DNA of 64,000 bases from Octopus vulgaris. Its lineage: Eukaryota. Below, piece by piece: positions 36,668 through 48,268 of this stretch. A program made the position numbers and the translations under genes. The stretch is from NCBI GenBank assembly GCA_951406725.2, contig OX597827.1:34100001-34164000 (forward strand), in the 5' to 3' direction. Position 1 is the first letter of the stretch. Every line of letters starts with the position of its first letter. The notes under the pieces are model-generated. The model saw nothing but the letters and a program-made list of their open reading frames with translations. It searched no databases and was not told where the DNA came from.

Positions 36668-39169
36668 GGCAGCGACAACTTCACACTGCCATCCAACTAC
36701 TGCGTCATTTTTCTATATTCCTTTAGTCCAGCCAGGTCTACATCCTTTTTCTTCACCTTCACCACCTCAGAAAAATTTCTTGTTCTCTCCAATATTCCGT
36801 TCATTCTTCTCACCGTCTTCACCAGCTCCTCCTCTGTTGAAGATAATTTAGACCTGCTAAAATCTGAATACATTTTCTCTAAACAGCACAAAAATCCCGT
36901 CCGACTCTCAAAAAAACAAACCAGCATGAGCAGTAACCGGAAGCAAGCTTCTTACCACACAGCCACTCCTGCACCTATTATATTAAAGTTTTTATCATTT
37001 TGGAATGAAGAACACAAACATAGGTGCTGAGCCAGTGACTAAACTTGTTTAAGATTCAAGGTTAGTTTTTATAACTTTATTGAACTATCAACATTATTAT
37101 AAAGGTACAGAATATGGTATTGCTACAGGTTCTCAATCTGCAGAAATAGCAACCAAATCACATCCTACTATCCTAGAAGGATGACACATTTGATTATTAA
37201 ATCTTCAATAAGCAAAAATTGCGATGCTCAGAATTGGAACACCTTTGATTATGGATCTACTGAATCAATGTTGAACATTGATTAATGAACAACGATAACA
37301 AACAACATGACACAGTGGACTCCAAAAGATCATGGAATAAAGGCGGCAAACCATTAAGATGTTCAAACTTTTGTTGGCAAACTAACAACTAATCAATACG
37401 ATTGCCAAGTTCTGCTGACAAACTAGTATCACAGTATTGAAACTCATGAGTCATTCAATCAAACAATAAGATTGTTGTCATTAAAACCAAGTTACTGGTA
37501 TGCTTTATCTCAGGTGTCAAAATACAGGTGTTGGTATCTAGGATTGTGTAAGTTATGTATAGAGACAATATTTTGTTATAACTAGTAGTGAATCAATTTT
37601 TTATCTGGAAAGTATCTCTGCTCAATATATAGAAAAAGAATAGGTAGGAATACCATACAGTGTACTCAAAGTCAACTATGTGTGCACAAGAAGTTAGTGG
37701 GAGCATAGGCAGATTAATATAAACAAAAGATTTCTACATAGTAGATACACAGGCATAGTTAAAAGTAGGAACAACATTGAAATAATTTTTTTTAAATGCT
37801 TAAAAGCCTCTATATATGTAGGCAATAGCTTCTCTTATCTAAATGACAAAATTAGAAGTGGAAATGGGTGTAGCAGAAGAATAGTACCCAGAGTAAGAAG
37901 AGGACAGTTCCCTCTGTTGGCAACAAAAGATTTTTCTATCATAATGAAGAAGGGTAAATTGTAGTACTTCTATACAAAGTGCGATACTACACAGTAGTGA
38001 AACAGGGTCACTGAGTAAAGACTGGAAAGATGTAAATTGGTTTCCACAATTTCAGGGGTGGGGTAAGTTGATTACTTTGACCCTGGTATTCAACTGGTAC
38101 ATATTTTATTGACCCTGGAAGGATGAAAGGTAAAGTTGACCACGGTAGAATTTGAACTCAGAACATGAAGATGAAATGCTGCTAAGCAATTTGTTCAGTA
38201 TAACAATTCTGCTAGCTTGCCACCTTTGGAAGATGTAATATTAGCATGACAGAGCAACTTGGATGTAGAGTGAAACAGAGATACTGAGCTGGCAAAGGCA
38301 TATAATATGCATAGTTGACATTTTGGAGAAAGAAATGCCAGATGTTCAAAGAGGAAGGAACTTATGGAAAGTGAAAAGATGAACCAATCTCAAGATGCTA
38401 AACTTTACAAAGGAAATGGTGTACTCTGAAAAGTAGAGAGAGAAAGATACTAGAGAAAACTAGTCCAATTTATGGAAGTATGGAAAGATGAATTTTAATA
38501 TGATGATGATAAGGACAAAAATTTGGTTTATTCAGAAAATATCATTGTAGAAAGTTTCCACAAATTTCATACCTAAAAGTTTTTACCATTTAAGTTTTTC
38601 ACTTATGGTTTATGAAACTGAGTCTTTGTAAAAAAAAATTACAGACAAATAACAATGCATAGATCTTTTTTTTAACATGTCTATGTATTTGTGGATTACA
38701 TGACTAGAAGCTCAGAGAATGGTTTTTCAACATATTTCACCCAAAGAACATTTTCCTCCAGTGCGTATACAGCAGTGTATTACGTGTGCAGACTTATTTC
38801 ACATTTGTTCCCCATGTTTCACATTGTATCCAATGTGTACTCATTTATCAATGACCTGTTTATAATTCACAAAGGATTTCTCAAATATTCAGATATAAAA
38901 CCAATAGTTTTCTTTTAAAAGCCATCATATTTAAACATTAACAACTATGTACAGTGGACAAATATTGAGTTGGTCTGTTGAAAATATTCTCTGTAAATAG
39001 AAGCAAAAAGAACAAAAGAAAAAACTGAGAAATAAAGATCCATCAAATGAGAGAATTTAAATGAAATGATTTCTGACATATTTTATCATGATGTTTTTTA
39101 GTCTGTACTTGCTGGTGGGTAAAATGTTTAGATTTGCAACATTAAGATGTCTCATACAAGATTACTTTG

Positions 39170-39578
39170 ATTAAATTTAATACTTATTAATTTGCATTGT
39201 TTTAAATTAATCATGCATTATCTTCTAACTTTGAGATTTCAAAGATGTGATTGTTTATTTTTTTAGAATGACATTGCAAGGTGAATGTGAGAGGCCAGAT
39301 TTTGAGTTTGAACATAAAACAGATAGAACATTTGGGCTGGATATGACCTGTTTAACCCTTTAGTGTTCACATTATTCTGCTAAAATCAATGCTTTTTCAT
39401 CCACATTGTTTTGAACTAATCAGTCATTATCTTGGAGCTATGAGATTTTGATGAGGTAGCTGTTAATTTTTAAAATGATATTGTAGGGTTGGTGTGAGAG
39501 ACCAGATCTGGCCAGTTTGAACATAAAACAGGCAGAATACTTTTGGCCGGATATGGCTGGTTTAAATGCTAAAGGGTT
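39170..39578. mobile_element. Tandem piggyBac-type MITEs (family B) immediately 3' of the ZNF stop codon
   Basis: TTAACCCTTTAG (39352) ... CTAAAGGGTTA (39578), plus a partial copy at 39170-39350. Homologous to 24891-25677. Confidence 0.75.
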
Positions 39579-39582
39579 ATGG

Positions 39583-40914
39583 TCAAAAGGTTAAAGATTT
39601 ATCTCTGGTATGTATTTGTTTGTGTCTTTTTAAGATACTGTTTGTGATAAACAGTTTACCACAGATTGCACAGTGATAGTTTTTTTCCCCAGAGTGTATT
39701 CGTTCGTGGTTTTTTAAATTACTGTTACTGACAAAAGATTTTTCACATATTTTACAGCAATATGGTTTTTCTCCAGTGTGAATTCGTTTGTGAACCACAA
39801 GACTAGAATTTTCTACGAAAGATTTTCCACAGATCTCACAGTGAAATGGTTTTTCGCCTGAATGTATTCTTTTGTGTTTTGTTAAATCACCATTACTAAC
39901 AAAAGATTTTCCACACATTTCACAACGATAGGGTTTTTCTCCAGTGTGACTACGTTTGTGAATTGTCAATTTAGAATTCTCCGGGAATGACTTCCCACAA
40001 ATTTCACAGTGAAATGGTTGTTCTCCAGTGTGAATTGTTCTGTGGGTTTTTAAGTGACTGTTTTTCATAAATGATTTCCCGCAAACTTCACAATGATATG
40101 GTTTTTCTCCAGTATGTCTACGTTTATGGAATATAAGACTAGACTTTTCAATGAAAGATTTCTCACACATTTCACAGTGGAACCGTTTTTCTCCAGAATG
40201 TATTCGTTTGTGCTTTGTTAAATTACTGTTAGAGACAAAATACGTTCCACATATTTCACAGTGATAAGGCTTTTCTCCAGTGTGACTATGTTTGTGGATA
40301 ACAAGACTAGAATTATTGACAAAAGATTTCCCGCAGGTTTCACAGCAATAAGGTTTTTCTCCCGTGTGGCTACGTTTGTGGATTTTCAGCTTAGAATTCT
40401 CAGAGAATGATTTCCCACACATTTCACAGTGAAACGGCTTCTCTCCCGTGTGAACCCTTTTATGTCTGGTTAAATTACTGTTATCGACAAAATGTTTTCC
40501 GCATATTTCACAATGATAGGGCTTTTCCCCAGTATGACTCCGTTTGTGGATTGTAAGCTGAGAATTCTCAGAGAAAGATTTCCCACATATTTGACAGTGA
40601 AACGGTTTTTCTCCAGTATGCATTCGTTTGTGACTTGTTAAAATACTATTATAGACAAAATATTTACCACATATATCACAGCGAAAGGGGTTTTCCCTGT
40701 CGTGTGTTTCTTTATGTGTTAAGACTTCATGTTCGGAAAAGAATGTTTTCTTACAAATCTCACAGTGATATTCAGGAATCTTTCTCTGTACTGAGTTTTG
40801 TTTAGTAAATGTTCCATTACATAAAGATTCTTCGTCACTATACTTCTGTGTAGCTGTATGTATATTGTTGAAAACCTGTTTATTAGAAGTGTCCAAGTAA
40901 TTAACATTCTCCAT
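39583..40914 (-). CDS. C2H2 zinc-finger protein, 443 aa, 14 tandem fingers, single coding exon
   Basis: Intact ORF with 14 CxxC/HxxxH fingers and TGEKP linkers. The leader is clearly paralogous to the 398-aa gene. Confidence 0.94.
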   Translation of the reverse strand: MENVNYLDTSNKQVFNNIHTATQKYSDEESLCNGTFTKQNSVQRKIPEYHCEICKKTFFSEHEVLTHKETHDRENPFRCDICGKYFVYNSILTSHKRMHTGEKPFHCQICGKSFSENSQLTIHKRSHTGEKPYHCEICGKHFVDNSNLTRHKRVHTGEKPFHCEMCGKSFSENSKLKIHKRSHTGEKPYCCETCGKSFVNNSSLVIHKHSHTGEKPYHCEICGTYFVSNSNLTKHKRIHSGEKRFHCEMCEKSFIEKSSLIFHKRRHTGEKPYHCEVCGKSFMKNSHLKTHRTIHTGEQPFHCEICGKSFPENSKLTIHKRSHTGEKPYRCEMCGKSFVSNGDLTKHKRIHSGEKPFHCEICGKSFVENSSLVVHKRIHTGEKPYCCKICEKSFVSNSNLKNHERIHSGEKNYHCAICGKLFITNSILKRHKQIHTRDKSLTF

Positions 40915-42299
40915 ATTTTATTCTCTGAGAATTTTTAAAAGCTGGGTGTCTGTTTACATGATCGGAAAATATTCAATCTAAATTACATTTTCAACTTACC
41001 ATTAGAAGGCTCGATGCTGAATAGGTCTGATCCAAGTGGCCAACATTTTTGGAGATAAAATTAATTCTATATCTACGTAAATGTAATTATTATAAATGGA
41101 TGCTATGTTAATTAAAAACTATATTTACCGTCCATAAATAACTAGTGACAGGAGTTTTGATGCAATTGGCATTCTTCTACATAGGTTGTAACGGAAAGCA
41201 CGGTCAGAAGTGTGAAATAAGGAAAACTACAATGTCGAAGAAACAAAAATGTGAGTGCACGCAAGCGAAAGTACCAATAATGAATCTGGACCGTTCACCC
41301 CTGATAATTGAAAAATGTATAGAGCGTTGTAATAACAATCTAAATAATATTGGATTTCAATGTGAAGACCATTTGAAAAATGAAGATGGGACGTTAACTG
41401 CTTATTGGTGTATAATTAAAATCAATTTCTATATTGTAAAATGTGATCAAACAAGTCATGATATAGGATACATTGAAACGAAATGAAATAGCTAATGATG
41501 CAAGTTATGGAACAGAGATCTTAATAGATGTGTGACGGTTTAAATTATATAGAAACATTAATGTTTACATTAGCATGAAATAATCGTTTAAAATGTTATT
41601 AAATTAAGCTACAAAGTCGGCGGTGTCGTTGACAATTTTCTACTGCCTGAACGACTCCGGTGCAACAAATTAGGAAGTCCCTCGTTTAATTTTATACGTC
41701 CAGAAAATTTATTTCAAACTGTTGTTTCATTTGTATCCAATCAATAGGTAACTCGTATCATCACAATAATATAATTACTATGTATCATGATTATTTATTG
41801 CCCACAAGGGGCCAACAAAGTGGGGACAATACAACACATGTAGGGACACTGAACAAATGAAAACAAAAACAAAACGTATAGTACAATGGTAATGAAAAAA
41901 TGAAAAATGGAAGTGGCGCTACCTGCCCCATCAAGTAGCATCACTTACTTCTTTTCTCTTTGTATTTCATTATATCAAGTCCATAGTTTTCTTTAAGTTA
42001 CTCATACTCTATATCCTTAGGTAATCTTTCCTTTTTGTATTCTACCTTCCAAACATACTTTCCTTTGAGTTTTTTTCCAATCTCATCTTTTTTTTTTTGG
42101 TCTTCTGTTATTAGAAGGCATGAATGGCTCCCGTAAACACTCTCCTTATCCTCCACCCTAACCATCACAGTATTTTCCCATCCCATCACCTGTTTAACCA
42201 GTTCATCGTCTGCTTCCTCGAACACCACACACGCATAACAGCCAGTGGGAGAGTGAAGGTATTTTACCAGTGAACATTCCTTGTAAGCCTTCAATTTCT

Positions 42300-43200
42300 T
42301 CTATGAGACCAGATGAGTTAGAAGATTAAAATTGTAAGCAGTAATATAAACTGCTCAGAACTAGGGTTTTCCCTAAAAATAAAACTGACTATCGGTTCCC
42401 TTGTCATGAATGTTCGTAGGATGCAGCCTATGAGTTTGCTGCATTTAAAGGTTAGTTTGATAATATGGCTGATGGAAAATGCATCATTTGACATGATTAC
42501 ACCTAAGTCCTGTATGTCATTAGTGCTCTGAATCATTGTTACCTTGTGTCAAATATTGCGATTTGGGTGAATTCGTTTGTAATGAAGAAGCTGAAATTTT
42601 GATGTACTAATTTTCGTATTTTTTCTGGTTTAGCTCCTAGCCATCGATATTCTTGTGTAATTCATTCCCTGATGTATACGACATATTACAGGTAACTTAG
42701 AGAGAAATCCATTTGTAGCAATAGGTTAACTCCTACCGTATAGGGAGTTAAAGAACCATTCTCCGACTTTTCCTGTGATACCAAGATTTCTTAAATTATG
42801 ACAGATGATTCCATGATCAGACTTGTCAAACGCCTTAACAATATCAAGGTTTTAACAGTCAATGATCTTTCCCCTTAAGAGATTATTAGAGGTAGTGTTA
42901 TGATGCTGTAAGAATTGTGACAGGCAACTTCGTTCAGTCCGAAACCTATACCGAGTGTCATCTAAGTTGTTTTCCTCCTGGTATGTTATTGCTTTTTGTC
43001 TTCGGACAAGGCATTGGATAATTTTAGATGTGAGGGAAACAGGTCTGTAATTTTTAGTTCCAGCACTGCTACCTCCTTTGTACCTATATAGGTTTGTACC
43101 TTGTACCTCCTTGTACCTATATAGGTATAAGATACTCTCATTTTGCCTGTTCAATCATTTCCAGTAACCACTAATGGACAAATTTGAGTCAAAAATTCAA
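42300..43200 (-). mobile_element. CR1-like LINE RT remnant
   Basis: KNYRPVSLTS, FRTERSCLSQFL, LDIVKAFDK and DLGVIMSND...LIGCILRTF. Confidence 0.8.
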
Positions 43201-44059
43201 TGTATTTTCCTTTTCTAACCACACCAGAGTTTATTGGTCTTGTGCTATCAACATTTGATAGAAGTTACTATCAGCAAACTGGAAATAAATTGAATTAAAA
43301 GGGTTTGTTATTGATCTACTTTCAAAGCAACCCAATAGTTTAATAATTAACTGGACTTAGTTTATCAATGAATATCCAAAATATTCTAACAATTGAAGTA
43401 AACCCACTGCTCTTGTATTTTCAAACGTTCAATATTGTATAATTTAACAAACTGATTGAAGTAATTATTTTCCACTGCCTAATTTTCATAATATTTAAAT
43501 ACAGGACATTTCTATTTAATAAATACATATTATAGTCATAAAATATTCACTACGAAAACTTCTTTTGTTGGTTTATATGAGATACATCACAAGAGAACAG
43601 GTTATGCTTTGTAACAAAAACTAGCTCGAAATCAATCTTTTCCTGTTGTTGAATAAGTTGAAATTATGTATTTAGAAATATATTCCCAGAATTTGTTCTA
43701 ACATTCTTAGCCTACAGCATGTTTGATACATACCTTCAGCAAGTTTTGTATTAAGCAATTCATCTTTGGTACTTTGGCCACCTTAACTAAGTTTATCAAG
43801 CTTAAAATATTAAAGACACATCTGAATACAATACCAACATTTTACACTAGGCTTGGATGATTCCTGACAAAGAGGCATGCATTTGCTTCTTTCAGTAAGG
43901 ATTAATCTTTGTATAGATCTCATATTGTTTGTAACAGTTTCCTGTATTCTATCTGCTTAGGATGAACCATGGGAAACACTCCAGAAGTTATTTCAAACAA
44001 GCACATTCATTATAATCCATCTAATTTTTCCATTCATCCATTTCCTCTTTTCAACAATC

Positions 44060-45290
44060 TGGCACTTGAGCCCTAGTAGGGTGCTAAAAGCACCATCCGA
44101 GCATGATCGTTGCGCAGAGCAGCTAACTGGCCTCTATGCTGGTAGCACGTAAAAGGCACCATTCGAGTGTGATCGTTGCCAGCATCACCTTACTGGCACC
44201 TGTGCTGGTGGCATGTGTAAAAAGATTCAAGCAAGGTCGTTGCCAGTACGGCCTGACTGGCCTCCGTGCCGGTGGCATGTAAATGCACCCACTACACTCT
44301 CGGAGTGGTTGGCGTTAGGAAGGGCATCCAGCTGTAGAAACTCTGCCAGATCAAGATTGAAGCCTGGTGCAGCCATCTGGTTCGCCAGCCCTCAGAGGTA
44401 TGTAGTTGAAAGTAAATCACTGTACTTGTTGACCTGGAGAAAACCTTTCACAGGGTGTCTCACTCGCTACTGGTTACTGTGGAAGCTAGAAGTAGATGAA
44501 TGAGTAGTGAGAACTGTTCATGCTATGTAGGGGAATTGTGTTCATAAAGTGGGTTGGCAATAAGTACAGCAATGAATTTAGTGCACAGGTAGTTCACCAG
44601 GCTTTGGTTATCAATCTCCTACAATTTATTATAGTCCTCCAGGCTATAATAGAGGTATCTAAGGCTGAATGGCCATAGGAACTTGTATATGGTGATAAGC
44701 TTTTTACACCAAAAACTATAGTAGAACTTAAAATGAAGTTCCAAGTGTGAAAGCAAAACCTAGAATCAAAGGGCTTTAAAGTTAACTTAGCAATGACCAA
44801 AGCTCTAGTTAGCAGGAAAAGAGACAGGATGCTAATCCTTTTGCATAAATGGCCCTGTTCAATTTGTAGAAGAGGTGAAGGTAGAAATTTCATGGGATGT
44901 TCTCAGTGCAAATTATGGACACATTAGTGGGACTATGGAATGACAGGAAGGTTAGCAGAGAGAGTAGACTTAGTGGCAGACACATAGGTGCAATAATACT
45001 AAGAGCAAACAAGAAATAGATTTTTTGGAATGCCCAGAAGGATCCTTAGAGGTAGGAGATTGTTTTTGCTATCAATGAAACTTGATAACCAGTGCATCAG
45101 AAGAGGAAATACTGAAAGTATGGTTGTTAGAATACGAACAGACTGGAAAAAATTCATAGAGATATTACTTCAGTTGGCAACAAAAGCTTCCCTCTCAGAA
45201 TGAAAGGTAGATTGTGAAGACCAACCTCCACCACATGGAAGAGAGCAAGGGACCAAAATGAATGGCAATATGCAGTGCTTGAGAAAACCT
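44060..45290 (+). mobile_element. RTE-tail SINE joined to an old RTE RT/PHD fragment
   Basis: 44060-44395 matches the LINE 3' UTR. 44400-45290 is a decayed homologue of 14250-15080 (LLQFIIVLQAI, WPCSICRRG). Confidence 0.8.
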
Positions 45291-45334
45291 ATACATCTTT
45301 TGGTTATGTATTAAATTGATATATATATATATAT

Positions 45335-45648
45335 CAAATTAGTACTAGCAATTGCTAGAAATAAGAGTGGAATAAAAATTACTCGAATAGCCACACAAAG
45401 CACTAACCTCATGAATTGATGGTTTTTCTCAAGAGTTGTACAAGGCAAGCTACCCTTTTTAACCCAGAGTATCAAAATCATGTGATAAGGATATGTCTGT
45501 TTACTTCATTTTGTGAGTTTATCTCACCATGGAGAGGTGCTTTAGCTCTCTGCCTCACTTTCTATCAATTCATAAGGTTAGTGCTTTGTGTGGCTATTCA
45601 AATCTTTTTTTTTTACTCTTATTTCTAGCAATTGTGGGTACTAATTTG
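45335..45648. repeat. Inverted repeat / foldback MITE with ~85-bp arms
   Basis: CAAATTAGTAC..CAATTGCTAGAAATAAGAGT..GAATAGCCACACAAAGCACTAACCT.ATGAATTGAT is mirrored at 45564-45648. Confidence 0.85.
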
Positions 45649-46367
45649 TACCCTTGTTTCTTAACTTGTCTTTAGGCTTTAATTGCTAATGGGCCACCTA
45701 TATTATAATGTATTTAATATATTTTAATCATCATCTAAAGTCCATTGTCCATGCTGGCATGGGTTGGACGGTTTGACCAGGGCTGGCAAGCTGGAAGGCT
45801 GCACCAGACTCCAGTCTGATTTGGTATGGTTTCTACAGCTGGATGCCCTTCCTAACATCAACCACTCCAAGAGTGTAATGAGTGCTCTTTTTGTGCCACT
45901 GGCACGGGTGCCATTTGCATGACACCAGTATCTGCCATGACTGTGATTTTACTTGGCTTGATGGGTGTTCTTCTCAAGCATGATGTAATGCCAAAGGTCT
46001 GTCATTGCCTCTATGAGGCCCACTAAAAATTTGAGGCAGTGCCCCAGCATAATGACTGAAAAAAGTAAGATAAAAAATAAACAATGGTACAAGTAACATA
46101 CATTTTATTCTCATAATTGTTGCTTTTATTATTATTATTTTGTTATTGTTCAAATGTATATAGAAAAACATCTTTTTTTTCTACTGATCTAGAGCAATGT
46201 TGGTTGGAGATGGAAGTTGAGTTGAGTGAAATACATAACATTATCGGTGGAGGTGGGCATGGGGATGGGTGACAACTATAACTGAAATAATATAATGGGT
46301 TGACATATAAAAAATATTGGACAAATGTACGCCAATACATGCACACACACATATATTCATATCTATC

Positions 46368-46401
<34 letters not shown>

Positions 46402-46816
46402 CACATATATATATATCAGACATACATTGTGTACATAGCAAGACCCACACAGGAAAATGCTTTGTATGTGTATATATGCACGTATATATACATATACACA
46501 CACACACACATATATACATACATATATATATATGTATACATCTATATATACACAATATATATGTATGTATACCCTATATGTATATACATACAAAATAAAA
46601 ATGCAGACATACACACAAGTCTGAGGGCATCTTATCTAGATTGCAGTTGTAAACAGTTCAAGATATAGAATCTGCAGCTGGTCGATGCAAGTGCAGCTCA
46701 ATCTGCATTAGTTCCAAAGAAGTTGATCCAATGGCTAGCAAACATTGCTCCCCTCCCCCACATTACTAAGGAAATTCCATCAGACTGTTGTATGAAGTGT
46801 GTATGTCAGAAGCTGC

Positions 46817-48268
46817 TCACTCTCTTGGTCTGCCTTGGTTGCAGGTATGGTTGACTTGTGCATCTGTCCAGCCTGGTGTCCATGGAGTTGTGAGAGCAGA
46901 TGCTGCAGAAGCACCTGATGACCAGTTCCCAAAACTGGCGCCAGGTGTGGTTGATCGCCATGCAGGGATGTTGGCTCCAGTGCAAGGTTGCTGGGTTACA
47001 ACGGCAGTCTGGTGCTGCTGGTTGTGATGGGGGTGGTGGTGGTGATGATGATGGCCATGTTGATGAGGATGGTGATGGTGAGCATGTGGTGATGATGACG
47101 GCAGAGGCTGTCGAAGTGCAGGAGGAGGAGGTGGAGGTGGAGGCGGAGGTGGTGATTTGGAAGCTTTACACATCACCTTGTTGATATTGTTGTTGTTGTT
47201 GCTTCGGTTACCACTACTTGCAGCAGAAGCTGGTGATGGTGTGCCCTGATGCTGTTTGTCATGATGGTGATGATGGTGGTGATGATGATGGTGATGGTGA
47301 TGATGATGAGGATGTGCTGGGTCACCCGTTGATACACCTTTGCAAGAAGCTTGGTTGCAGTTACCACCCATTCCTGGTGATGACGATGACTGTATGTGGG
47401 CACGGCTGTGTTTCTTGAGGTGTGCCCTTTGCGAAAATGACTTTTGGCAGATCACACATAGAAATGGCTTCTCTCCACTATGTGTGCGACTGTGGTTGAC
47501 TAGGTGGTCTTTCTGGCTAAATCTTTTCGGACACTGGTTGCAAGCATATGGCCGAATACCACTGTGGATTCTGGAATGTGTGGTCAGATGAGTTCGTTGA
47601 CCAAATGATTTACCACACACCTGACATGTAAATGGCCTCACCCCAGAGTGAGTACGAATGTGATTAGTCAGCTTTTCCCGTTGGCTGAAGGCTTTGTGAC
47701 ACTGACTGCAGTAAAAGTGTTTCTCCTCATCTGGCATCAACTCATGTTTGTGGAGATTAGCTTTTACAGAAAAGCCTTTCCGACACACACCACACCGATA
47801 GGGTTTGCGACTACTATGACCAGTGTAGACACCATAATTTGTCATGCCAGATAGTGGTACAGGAATGTTCTGGTGGCTGTGGTTGCTGTGACTCACCGTA
47901 TCATGGCTACCACTGGCTACTGAGTGTTCATCACCAGGTGAAGCTGCTGTGTTGCCACCATTGTTATTGTTAGCAACAATAACAATAGTGCCTAAACCTG
48001 GCGAAATGCTCTGCGAATGGTTGTGGTGATTGTGATTGTGGTTGCCAGTATTGTCCAAGTTATTGGAATTGTTATTGCTGGAATGACTGCCATGTTGCTG
48101 CTTGAGAGCCCTCGTCGAATCTTCAGCTGCTGATTGAGGGTCAGCATAAATCTTAGTGCAGCTACTGAAATCATATTGTTGTTGTTGTTGTTGCTGCTGC
48201 TGCTGCTGTTGTTGCTGTTGCTGTGGGTTTCCTACTGAGGCATATACACCGGAATGAGCAGCATACAT
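46817..48268 (-). CDS. C2H2 zinc-finger transcription factor, 483 aa (4 canonical plus 1 degenerate finger; polyQ, polyH, polyP, polyN)
   Basis: Intact GC-richer ORF. Fingers are linked by SGVRP/SGIRP/SGEKP. Low-complexity tracts are typical of developmental TFs. AATAAA candidates on the minus strand near 46105-46130. Confidence 0.9.
   Translation of the reverse strand: MYAAHSGVYASVGNPQQQQQQQQQQQQQQQQYDFSSCTKIYADPQSAAEDSTRALKQQHGSHSSNNNSNNLDNTGNHNHNHHNHSQSISPGLGTIVIVANNNNGGNTAASPGDEHSVASGSHDTVSHSNHSHQNIPVPLSGMTNYGVYTGHSSRKPYRCGVCRKGFSVKANLHKHELMPDEEKHFYCSQCHKAFSQREKLTNHIRTHSGVRPFTCQVCGKSFGQRTHLTTHSRIHSGIRPYACNQCPKRFSQKDHLVNHSRTHSGEKPFLCVICQKSFSQRAHLKKHSRAHIQSSSSPGMGGNCNQASCKGVSTGDPAHPHHHHHHHHHHHHHHHHDKQHQGTPSPASAASSGNRSNNNNNINKVMCKASKSPPPPPPPPPPPALRQPLPSSSPHAHHHHPHQHGHHHHHHHPHHNQQHQTAVVTQQPCTGANIPAWRSTTPGASFGNWSSGASAASALTTPWTPGWTDAQVNHTCNQGRPRE

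Noticed and set aside
41145-41486. 113-aa ORF divergent from the 443-aa ZNF
   Set aside because: Non-ATG start, no motifs, and the paralogous upstream region has no equivalent ORF.
46143-46668. Multiple Y/I/H/T/V/C-rich ORFs (also ~5690-6526 and 60133-61004)
   Set aside because: Translations of (TA)n/(CA)n microsatellites and low-complexity DNA.
46788-47854. Plus-strand ORFs overlapping the 483-aa gene (and 27487-28118 over the 398-aa gene)
   Set aside because: Antisense shadows of repetitive coding sequence with no independent motifs.
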